Source: an uncultured Candidatus Saccharibacteria bacterium
GTDB taxonomy: Bacteria > Patescibacteriota > Saccharimonadia > Saccharimonadales > JAGQNK01
DNA length: 64,000 nucleotides
Assembly: GCA_964636435.1 (NCBI GenBank)
Contig: CAZWRS010000001.1
Span: forward strand, 11,345 to 75,344
Reading direction: 5' to 3'
The notes beneath the pieces were generated by a model that did not search any database, had not been told where the DNA came from, and was given only the letters and a program-made list of their open reading frames with translations. Below are positions 26,929-34,589 of this stretch, one piece after another (the stretch's first letter is position 1; every line of letters begins with the position of its first letter). The position numbers were made by a program, and so were the translations under genes.

Positions 26929-27465
26929 ATGTCATCCGATAATCCGTCACCTGAGCGCATGCGCGAATTTAGAGTTTCCGTACCGGAAGCAGTGATACCT
27001 GAATTCTGGGCAGCCATTGGTGACGTAGTCGCTAAGCACAATATAGATGTCATTTCAGTCGATCCGGACACGATCGAAGCTTGGCCTTCCACCGAAGAAG
27101 CTGCGCCTCAATACAATCCGGACCTGGTTACATGGGCCACAACCAGCAACTCAGCACAACAAGTACCTGTCATCACCAAGAAGCAGCTCGACAACTTTGA
27201 ACGAGAAACCTTTGGTAGCCACGGTTTAGCCCAACGCTCTTTTACTGCGCTCACTCGCTACGCTACCTGGGAAAACTACCCGCACCCGTATGAAGGCTAC
27301 TATGAACTCAGCGCAGACAGTAAGTCGGTGCTCGGCTTGCGAGCCGATCGTTTTGAGAACCTGTGCGACATCTTAGAAAACAGAGCAATCCAACCGCAAA
27401 ACCTTGGGGCACGCAGCCTCGCGCTATTGAAAGCGGCAAGGGAACAGCTTTTTGCAACGGAATAA
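26929..27465 (+). CDS. Hypothetical protein (178 aa)
   Basis: Long ORF with local codon usage; no motif recognised. Confidence 0.55.
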   Translation: MSSDNPSPERMREFRVSVPEAVIPEFWAAIGDVVAKHNIDVISVDPDTIEAWPSTEEAAPQYNPDLVTWATTSNSAQQVPVITKKQLDNFERETFGSHGLAQRSFTALTRYATWENYPHPYEGYYELSADSKSVLGLRADRFENLCDILENRAIQPQNLGARSLALLKAAREQLFATE

Positions 27466-27660
27466 GCCAAAAACGTAGTAATTTGGACTATTTTTCCACA
27501 ATTTTACAGAGAAGCAACTTATCTTATCATAGCTTTCTATGTAATAGTTTATGCACCTTAGTCCATTTAGTGCTACAATATAGCCACAAGCTTGATAGGG
27601 GGAAGGGCACGACAGAAGGTCGTCGCAAGCTCGCACCTGCAAATTCCCGCACATTATGTG

Positions 27661-27689
27661 TTGACTTTGTGCTTCATATGTTTTAGAAT
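27661..27689 (+). promoter_or_regulatory. Candidate promoter
   Basis: TTGACT (27661-27666), 17 nt spacer, TAGAAT (27684-27689), 45 nt upstream of ATG 27734 (AAGGAACAAGGGA precedes the ATG). Confidence 0.55.
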
Positions 27690-27733
27690 AATATTAATTA
27701 CGTTAAAAAATTATACAGTAAGGAACAAGGGAA

Positions 27734-28771
27734 ATGACTGAAACGCCTTCAAAGCAGCTCCAGATCGAGAGCATAATCACCGATATTCTCGGCACCATCG
27801 ACCGCGAAAGGGAACGAGAGATTATCGCTCGTCGCTACGGCCTCTTTGACCGCAAGGAAACACTGGAGCAAATCGGAGAGCTGCTCGGCATCACCCGTGA
27901 ACGTGTCCGCCAATTAGAGAAAGCCGTTATGGCACGCCTGAAGGCGCAGGCCGACGATGGCCAGCTACCGCACATCCAGGAAGTTCAGAGCGTTCTGCTG
28001 GACGAAGTCAACGCTATGGGCAAAGTCGCCCGTGTAGCCAATCTGAGTGCTCGCCTGACCAAGGAAAACACCCGTATCGATCAAGCCCGTATCTCCTTCC
28101 TCGCCGCGTTGAGCCCCGAGATTGCTGTCGTTGACGAAAATGACCACTTCTATCACTCTGTCGGCATTGCCGATGTACACAATGAAAAGCAGATCAAAGA
28201 ACTTACCGGCAAGACGATTGATGCCATCAAGAAAATCGGCGAACCAACCACCATTGATAAAGTTGCCAAAGAAGCCAAGATCGATAGCCCTGAGCATGCC
28301 GCCGCTCTCGCCAGCACCTCCAAGAGTCTGGCAACCCTAAACGACAAATGGGGCCTCGTCAAGTGGCCAACCGTCAACCCGAAGAACATTCGCGACAAAA
28401 TCTACGTCATCCTGCAGGAAACAGGGAAGCACATGCACTTCAGTGAAATTGCCGAAGCCATCAAAAAGTCTGATTTTAAGCGCAAAGATGTCACCACTCA
28501 GGCAATCCATAACGAACTCATCAAGGACAAGCGCTTCGTCCTGATTGGTCGCGGCATCTACGCCCTCAAAGAATGGGGCTACAGCCGAGGCACCGTCGCC
28601 GATATCATTGCTGAGGTACTGAAGAAGGCAGGCGAGCCATTACACCGCGACGAAATCGTCAAACAAGTACTCAAGAGCCGTCACGTCAAAGAAACGACCA
28701 TCCTTTTAAACCTCCAGGGCAAACCACAGTTCAAGCGTGTCGCCAAAGCTACCTACGCCCTAGCTGAGTAG
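27734..28771 (+). CDS. Sigma-70 region-4-like HTH fused to HARE-HTH/winged-helix modules
   Basis: EREIIARRYGLFDRKETLEQIGELLGITRERVRQLEKAVMARLK is sigma region 4-like. The C-terminal MHFSEIAEAIKK...RFVLIGRGIYALKEWGY and PLHRDEIVKQVLK...FKRVAKATYAL are HARE-HTH-like. No sigma region 2. Confidence 0.7.
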   Translation: MTETPSKQLQIESIITDILGTIDREREREIIARRYGLFDRKETLEQIGELLGITRERVRQLEKAVMARLKAQADDGQLPHIQEVQSVLLDEVNAMGKVARVANLSARLTKENTRIDQARISFLAALSPEIAVVDENDHFYHSVGIADVHNEKQIKELTGKTIDAIKKIGEPTTIDKVAKEAKIDSPEHAAALASTSKSLATLNDKWGLVKWPTVNPKNIRDKIYVILQETGKHMHFSEIAEAIKKSDFKRKDVTTQAIHNELIKDKRFVLIGRGIYALKEWGYSRGTVADIIAEVLKKAGEPLHRDEIVKQVLKSRHVKETTILLNLQGKPQFKRVAKATYALAE

Positions 28772-28795
28772 AGCCTGTTATTCATAATCCTCATC

Positions 28796-29500
28796 ATGAA
28801 ACTCAGAGAAGATGAGCGACTCGTCGCCATGACAAAGACAGAGGTATTTTCTACGTATCTGGCAGGAGTAGACCTACAACCGAACTCATATCAGTATGTT
28901 GCAAATAAGATGCTTTGTAATCAGACTGAGCTGCCCTCAGCTGCATGTGATATAAACCGATTGGGCGCAGCACCTTCAACGTCAGAAAGTGATACGAGCT
29001 TTATTCGCCAGGTACAATCGGTGACATATGAGCCGACTACTCTTGGAGAGCAGTTTACGACGCCGCCCGATGCCTTTGTTTTCACCCTAAAGTCTGCCGT
29101 ACCTGTTGCTGATTGTGTAAGAGGGTTTTTTGATGCTATAGGGCTCGAGCGTCCACTCATTGAGGTAGTAGAGTCTAACCGAGACCTGTCCGAAGGCTAC
29201 TACGAGCTACTCGACAGAACGGATGACAAAGAATTCGCCGAAGAAACTGTACTACAGGAAGCCGACAGACTACGGGATAGTCTGCAGGGCGCTGAGCATG
29301 TGTGTGTTGTAGACCAGTTTGTTTGTAGTGGTATGACGCTAAAACTTGCAGGAGAAATATTAAAGATGGCTGGCCTACGTAACATTTCTGCCATTCGCGG
29401 AGACTGGTATGATGATGCATATTCCTATGATGTTATTCCGGCAAGTGCTACATCATTACATAGGCAGTTTATGTATGGTGTCGGCGCTCGATGCGGCTAG
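28796..29500 (+). CDS. Hypothetical protein with C-terminal PRTase-like PRPP-binding motif
   Basis: HVCVVDQFVCSGMTLKLAGEIL resembles the type I phosphoribosyltransferase loop (hydrophobic-VDD-x-x-x-TG-x-T). The N-terminal 150 aa are unassigned. Confidence 0.5.
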   Translation: MKLREDERLVAMTKTEVFSTYLAGVDLQPNSYQYVANKMLCNQTELPSAACDINRLGAAPSTSESDTSFIRQVQSVTYEPTTLGEQFTTPPDAFVFTLKSAVPVADCVRGFFDAIGLERPLIEVVESNRDLSEGYYELLDRTDDKEFAEETVLQEADRLRDSLQGAEHVCVVDQFVCSGMTLKLAGEILKMAGLRNISAIRGDWYDDAYSYDVIPASATSLHRQFMYGVGARCG

Positions 29501-29518
29501 AACACTTAAATACGAATA

Positions 29519-29541
29519 CATGAACCTTTTACGAACATTTG
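29519..29541 (+). repeat. Iteron-like direct repeat, copy a
   Basis: CATGAACCTTTTACGAACATTTG; 20/23 identical to copy b. Confidence 0.85.
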
Positions 29542-29566
29542 CCTGATTTGCAGCACCTGGATATTC

Positions 29567-29589
29567 CATGAACAATTTGCGAACATTTG
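29567..29589 (+). repeat. Iteron-like direct repeat, copy b
   Basis: CATGAACAATTTGCGAACATTTG, 48 bp after copy a. A weaker copy, CAATGAACTTGGCGCGCACGAC, starts at 29610. Confidence 0.85.
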
Positions 29590-30017
29590 ATATAACAGAA
29601 AGACGTTCACAATGAACTTGGCGCGCACGACAAGGACACTGAGGAAACCCTTTATTTTTACCAGAGCAAAAGGGTAGCCGTAGAGCATGCTACAAATAGT
29701 CTGTAAGTAAACTCAGCGGCAAAAAGAAGCAGCAGACCATCAAACAGTGAACCAAAAGCAAACATACACACGATGTCGTACAATGCATATTTTGCGACAT
29801 GCCTATGGTGATTACAGATGGTTCACGGTACACCTTTTGCAGGGGACTAAACCAGTGCCTAAGGCATTTGCAGCCACATTTCTTCTCGCAATCCGGTCTT
29901 CACTAGACTGTGTGGCTGCCCCTGAGGGAGCCTTTGCAGTAGCCGTGCTTGCCAAGCTTTGGGCCCAGCCTCAGCCATCGATCTGGCAATGACACGTGCC
30001 GAGCAACCATGTTTGAC

Positions 30018-30026
30018 TTTTCCACA
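30018..30026 (+). promoter_or_regulatory. DnaA-box-like 9-mer
   Basis: TTTTCCACA fits the relaxed TTWTNCACA consensus and borders the AT-rich tract. A single 9-mer could occur by chance. Confidence 0.2.
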
Positions 30027-30039
30027 GAATCGCTGTGAA

Positions 30040-30170
30040 AATATTTGCTTTTTTGTTGTTTTGTTTGTTTTATATAGTATTCCCCTGTTCTTTCCCTGTT
30101 TCGTGAAATATTTGACTTTTTTGCTTTGTGATATGTTTGTATAGTTTTTTGAACGCTACCTAGTTAGCAA
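30040..30170. other. AT-rich T-tract region (about 30% GC)
   Basis: A hand count of 30061-30120 gives 18/60 G+C. It contains repeated TTTTGTT/TTTGCTT runs and no ORF. Confidence 0.7.
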
Positions 30171-30173
30171 GTA

Positions 30174-30196
30174 CATGAACATTTTGCGAACATTCA
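30174..30196 (+). repeat. Iteron-like direct repeat, copy d
   Basis: CATGAACATTTTGCGAACATTCA; 20/23 identical to copy b, same orientation, 607 bp downstream. Confidence 0.85.
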
Positions 30197-30219
30197 GGGT
30201 AGAGCGGTCCAGGGGGCTT

Positions 30220-31146
30220 TTACTTATAGTAGACCTTGCCGGGCACACGTACATCAATATATTCACGCGGCTCGACATTATCCTGGGACAGCTTCTTGTG
30301 TGTTGCCAGGTACGTCCCTGCCTGCACCCTACTCTCGTCGCGCAGGTTAAATTTTACATAATACGGCTTACCAGCCATGCGAACGTGCATTTCGTTCGGG
30401 ACGGTAGGCAATATCATTGATTGTATAGTCATATCTTTACGCTGAAGTTGCGCTGCGACTGCTGCCACGAAATTAACCGACTCCTTAGATAAGGCATAAC
30501 GACCAAGTTCAAGTGAGAGGCCGCTCTCATCGCGTAACACCGGCAGCGCATCACGAACAGAGCTCTCGATGTCCGCAGCCTCGGCCATAATCCGGCCATT
30601 TTCATCGAGCACAAACCCACCGTCGACTGTAGTCAGTACCAACTTCGGCGCTGCTGGCTCAGCTTGGACGACTGGCCGCCGCCCAATCAGTGGCAGCACG
30701 ACAGATACGTCGCCCAGCTCCGGATATTCGTCAGCTATCCTACCGGCTATCTCGTTGCTATTTATGAGCAATTTACTTTTATTAGTGATTGAGCTATCCA
30801 AGATTTTGCGTATGCCCGCCTCGTATTCAGTAACATCATGTGTGATGCCAAGCTTCGTATTGCCAGCTATCTGCAGCTTGGGATCACTGCTTAGACTCGA
30901 TATATACAGCAAACAGCCGGCCAGAACAGCCCCCGCAATAAACGATGGCACAAGTGGTAGCCATGCCCGATCTGGCCTAAGCTTGGGCTTTTTACGGTCT
31001 GTTGGCGCGGCCGCCTGATGCATACCACGCCTGGTGCGGACATTTTCGCCGGTCGAACGATTCGCGTAGTACGAAAATACATTTGCCGACTGTTGTGGCC
31101 GAACCTGGCGGACTTTTTGCTCTGGTATTTGTTTTTTTCGGCGCAT
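30220..31146 (-). CDS. ftsQ: Cell division protein FtsQ/DivIB-like
   Basis: Basic N-terminal tail, one TM (LPLVPSFIAGAVLAGCLLYI), POTRA-like region; sits downstream of murG at the end of the dcw cluster. Confidence 0.7.
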   Translation of the reverse strand: MRRKKQIPEQKVRQVRPQQSANVFSYYANRSTGENVRTRRGMHQAAAPTDRKKPKLRPDRAWLPLVPSFIAGAVLAGCLLYISSLSSDPKLQIAGNTKLGITHDVTEYEAGIRKILDSSITNKSKLLINSNEIAGRIADEYPELGDVSVVLPLIGRRPVVQAEPAAPKLVLTTVDGGFVLDENGRIMAEAADIESSVRDALPVLRDESGLSLELGRYALSKESVNFVAAVAAQLQRKDMTIQSMILPTVPNEMHVRMAGKPYYVKFNLRDESRVQAGTYLATHKKLSQDNVEPREYIDVRVPGKVYYK

Positions 31147-31158
31147 CCTGGCACTAAC

Positions 31159-32307
31159 TTACTGTTCTTTAGCTACCTCTAATAATAACATCGTCAGCTT
31201 CTTCGCTGCGTCAGGAATTGTGGCGTGCTGCAGGCGAGACCCGAGCTCGCGTCGCTGATTATCATCACGCAGAAGTTCATCTATTGCCACGCGTAACGGC
31301 GTGGGGTCTTTCTTGATTGTAGTGTCATTTACAATTCTAACCGCCCCCTGCTCCTGATAGTACTCGGCATTCTTGAGCTGATGACCGCCAGCGAGCAACG
31401 GATTTGGTATCAGGATACAGGCCCTGCCCTGCACGCCAAGCTCGGCGATTGTATTCGCCCCTGCCCTGCTGACCACCAGATCGCTCGCCCCTGTAAACTC
31501 ATAGAGGGGAAAGAGTAATTCTTCTACGCGTAGTCGCTCGTGTGCGAAGTCCTGGTAGATGCCTGCCTTGCCCCTGCCTGTTTGGTGCACGATGGTAAGG
31601 TCCTCGTGTTCATCCAATAAATCCCCCACAATAGCTCGCATGGCTTGATTGATATTCGCCGCACCGCTACTACCCCCGGTCACGAGCAACAACTTGTGCC
31701 CTTCAGGTACGTCGACTCGCTTTTTGTACACCGCCTGCTGCTTTGGCGAAACGGCTGTGTGGTCATTGCTAACCAGCACGCCGACATGCTTGACACTCGC
31801 TGGTGCGTACGCATAGTAGTCAGCTGGCATCGCCGTCGCATGGTAGCGCGCCCACTTAGCCACTAGCCGATTAGCCAGACCAGGCACGGCATCTGAGTCA
31901 TGCGTCACAAACGGAAAGCGCCACCAGGCACACGCCAGTCCCACTGGTACTCCGACAAAACCGCCCTTCAGGAGCACTACATCCGGCTTTAATCGTCGCA
32001 TAAGGACCATACTCTGCAGCGTACCTACCCCAAAGTAAAAAAAATCGCGCAGGTTCAGGATATTGGTCTTAACATCCAGTAGCCGCTGTAGCCAAGTTTC
32101 GCCATGATAGCGTCGGAACTTGCCAGCAAAGACCGTATGAACCATGTCGATATCAGGATTATCAGCCGTCATGGCCGCAAACTGTCCACCGCGTTCACCA
32201 ATATATATGATCGTGACAGCTGGATTGAGACGCTTCAGTTCATGCGCGACGGCCAGAAGCGGTGTTATATGCCCGCCGGTTCCGCCGCCAGTCAGCACTA
32301 CCTTCAT
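31159..32307 (-). CDS. murG: UDP-N-acetylglucosamine:lipid I GlcNAc transferase MurG
   Basis: MKVVLTGGGTGGHITP, TGGSSGA, and GGHQLKNAEY near the C-terminus. Start at ATG 32307 with a GAAAGGAAG SD. Confidence 0.92.
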   Translation of the reverse strand: MKVVLTGGGTGGHITPLLAVAHELKRLNPAVTIIYIGERGGQFAAMTADNPDIDMVHTVFAGKFRRYHGETWLQRLLDVKTNILNLRDFFYFGVGTLQSMVLMRRLKPDVVLLKGGFVGVPVGLACAWWRFPFVTHDSDAVPGLANRLVAKWARYHATAMPADYYAYAPASVKHVGVLVSNDHTAVSPKQQAVYKKRVDVPEGHKLLLVTGGSSGAANINQAMRAIVGDLLDEHEDLTIVHQTGRGKAGIYQDFAHERLRVEELLFPLYEFTGASDLVVSRAGANTIAELGVQGRACILIPNPLLAGGHQLKNAEYYQEQGAVRIVNDTTIKKDPTPLRVAIDELLRDDNQRRELGSRLQHATIPDAAKKLTMLLLEVAKEQ

Positions 32308-33526
32308 GCGACTTCCTTTCTGCACTTAGTCTACCAGATGAGCCGATCTCCTGATTCACGGCGTACGATGTGTAGCGGGATACATTGAATACCAGTCCGA
32401 TTGCCGCCATGACGAAAATAATACTGGTGCCTCCGTAGCTAATGAGCGGCAAGGTAATTCCCTTAAGTGGCAGCAACCCGAGCATCGCACCGATATTAAT
32501 GATTGCTTGCGTACTTAGCCAGGCTAGCACGCCGACAACTATCAGACGCGAGAAATCATCTGGTGCTCGCTCCAAAATGTTTTTGATGCGCGTAAAGAAA
32601 ACGCCGAACAAACACACCAGGAACGTCGCGCCCACAAAGCCAAATTTTTCAGCTACGATTGCAAATATAGAGTCATTAGCTGCCTCTGGTAAGTATCCAA
32701 AAGCCTGACCACTGTTTTGTAGCCCAATGCCAAACAGCCCGCCCGAACCGACCGCAATGAGCGCCTGACAGGCCTGATAGCCCGCGTTCTGGCAATCTCG
32801 CTCCGGATTCATAAAGGTCGCGATGCGGTCGCGGCGATAGCTAAATGGCAGGATGAACAGAACGAGGGCAATCGTAACTACAGCACCGATCTGTGCCACA
32901 CGCATCAGCGGCAGGCCAGCAACAAAGGCCATTACCGCCATAATTGCAACGATAACGGCCATGGAGCCGAGATCTTTCTGCAGTACCGCTACCAGGACAC
33001 CGGTTACGCCAAGCGCAATCCCTATGGGCCGGAGCGACTTACGGTCGTCGTGCAACTCACTGCGCCGGATACGCTCCTCTAAGAATGCTGCCAGGCCAAT
33101 GATAATCGCCAGCTTCACAATCTCCACTGATTGCAGTGACAAGCCGCCAAAACGAATCCACCTATGCGCGGGGTACTCGGGACTGACGGGCGTCACAAGC
33201 GCAATTAATGTCGCGATGATGGCAGCGATAATCAGGGGTCGCTGGAACTGGCGCCACTTCGTGAAAGGCACAAACGCTACGGCCGAAAACGCCACTAACC
33301 CCAAGCCGATTGCTGTCAGCTGCTTGGTCACAAAGTAATTTTCGCCAACGTCCCTTTGGGCGCTCAGCCCGGGACTAATGGCATACACGACGATGAGGCC
33401 GACCACCAGCAGTGCAATGCTAAGCAGTATCAGAATATAATCTGGTTTGTGCTTGCGAATAGTACTAGCACCCCGCTGGCCATGGCGATTTGCGATCAAT
33501 GGACGTCGTGTGGCTCGATAGCTCAT
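32240..33526 (-). CDS. ftsW: SEDS-family lipid II flippase/polymerase FtsW
   Basis: About 10 TM, LPEAANDSIFAIVAEKFGFVG and PLKGITLPLISYGGTS motifs. ATG 33526 shares one base with the mraY TGA. The 3' end overlaps murG by 68 nt. Confidence 0.9.
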   Translation of the reverse strand: MSYRATRRPLIANRHGQRGASTIRKHKPDYILILLSIALLVVGLIVVYAISPGLSAQRDVGENYFVTKQLTAIGLGLVAFSAVAFVPFTKWRQFQRPLIIAAIIATLIALVTPVSPEYPAHRWIRFGGLSLQSVEIVKLAIIIGLAAFLEERIRRSELHDDRKSLRPIGIALGVTGVLVAVLQKDLGSMAVIVAIMAVMAFVAGLPLMRVAQIGAVVTIALVLFILPFSYRRDRIATFMNPERDCQNAGYQACQALIAVGSGGLFGIGLQNSGQAFGYLPEAANDSIFAIVAEKFGFVGATFLVCLFGVFFTRIKNILERAPDDFSRLIVVGVLAWLSTQAIINIGAMLGLLPLKGITLPLISYGGTSIIFVMAAIGLVFNVSRYTSYAVNQEIGSSGRLSAERKSHEGSADWRRNRRAYNTASGRRA

Positions 33527-34560
33527 CACTTGCTCCCAAGCAAGTAAAGTATCAGCCCGAGCACGCCTGCAACCTGTCCCAATATCCAAAAACGCATCGT
33601 CACCTTAGTTTCCGGCCAACCAATAGCTTCGAAATGGTGGTGTATCGGCGACGACAAGAAGACCTTTTTTCCGTTTCGCAGCTTCTTAGATATACGGTTA
33701 ATGATCACAGACCCGGTTTCAGCCACATACACCGCGCCAACGACCGGCAGCACATAAATCGTGTCCGTCTGCAGCGCAATAATACCAAGTGCCGTACCGA
33801 GCGCAAACGAACCGACATCACCCATAAAGAACCTGGCCGGGTGGATGTTGAACCAGGTATAACTAAGCAGCGCGCCCACGATTGACAGGCAAAATCCCGC
33901 CAGCGCATACTTGCCCTGCGAAGCCGCAATGATTGTGTAAACAGTAAATGACGACACCAAGAGACCGCCCGCCAGGCCATCCAGACCATCGGTGATATTG
34001 ACGGCGTTGGCCGTAGCAATCACCACGAACCAAAACACCACAATAACGAGCGCACCGAGTGCAACTTGACCAAAGCCGAAGTTCAGACTGGTAACGTCCA
34101 GCTTGTCATAAAACCACCAGCCCCCCACCAGCGCAACCAGACTATGTAAAAAGAATTTTATTTTGGCACGCATGCCGGCAATTGCGCTGCTGCCCCGGAT
34201 ATTCATCCAATCATCGACGAAGCCAATGAGGCCTGCACCCACCATTCCCGCTAGTGGCAGCCAGGTCTGTCCTCTGTCGAGGTTAGCCAGTACGGTTACC
34301 AGCCCGACGGAAACTATAAAAATAATACCTGCCATGTTGGGGATGTTTCGCTTGTGCTTAGCAGCATGGAGCTTGGCATAGACGGTTGCTTTGCCGCCAG
34401 ACCAAGAATCGCTGCGCTGTTTTTTCCACCACTCGTACTTGTACGCTATCGTCGTATAAAATGGCGTCAACACCATACTGACGGCAAACGTCAAGAACGC
34501 TAGCGTCAAAATCTGTATCAGGGTGCTTGTCTGCACGACAAGATTAATCGTGTCTGTCAT
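33526..34560 (-). CDS. mraY: Phospho-MurNAc-pentapeptide translocase MraY
   Basis: NMAGIIF, GFVDDWMNIRG, NAVNITDGLDGLA, MGDVGSFALG and PIHHHFE motifs. Confidence 0.95.
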   Translation of the reverse strand: MTDTINLVVQTSTLIQILTLAFLTFAVSMVLTPFYTTIAYKYEWWKKQRSDSWSGGKATVYAKLHAAKHKRNIPNMAGIIFIVSVGLVTVLANLDRGQTWLPLAGMVGAGLIGFVDDWMNIRGSSAIAGMRAKIKFFLHSLVALVGGWWFYDKLDVTSLNFGFGQVALGALVIVVFWFVVIATANAVNITDGLDGLAGGLLVSSFTVYTIIAASQGKYALAGFCLSIVGALLSYTWFNIHPARFFMGDVGSFALGTALGIIALQTDTIYVLPVVGAVYVAETGSVIINRISKKLRNGKKVFLSSPIHHHFEAIGWPETKVTMRFWILGQVAGVLGLILYLLGSK

Positions 34561-34589
34561 GATTGATTCTCTACATTATACTCTAATTT

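Noticed and set aside
27580-27660. Hairpin-containing stretch (GGGGGAAGGGCACGACAGAAGGTCGTCGCAAGC) downstream of a TACAAT hexamer, considered as a 4.5S/SRP-like or small RNA
   Set aside because: Only one short bulged hairpin is present. It lacks the conserved SRP domain IV motifs and may simply be 5' leader or promoter-proximal sequence.
29519-29633. The tandem 23-nt repeats as a degenerate CRISPR array
   Set aside because: There are only 3-4 copies at about 87% identity with 21-25 nt gaps. One further copy lies 600 bp away, and there are no cas genes.
29690-30010. A minus-strand frame open for about 100 codons except for a tandem TAG TGA (Cys-rich translation), considered as a pseudogene or recoded gene; also ORFs 29506-29688 and 29747-29992
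   Set aside because: No family resemblance (in particular none to FtsA or FtsZ). Every other gene in the window terminates normally at TAA, TAG or TGA, so the standard code applies. The short ORFs merely read through the DNA repeats.
29461-30219. A dif (XerC/D) site in or beside the gap
   Set aside because: No ATAA-N6-TTATG-type core was found. The best candidate (TTAAATACGAATACATGAAC) matches the reverse-complemented E. coli dif at only 11/20 positions.
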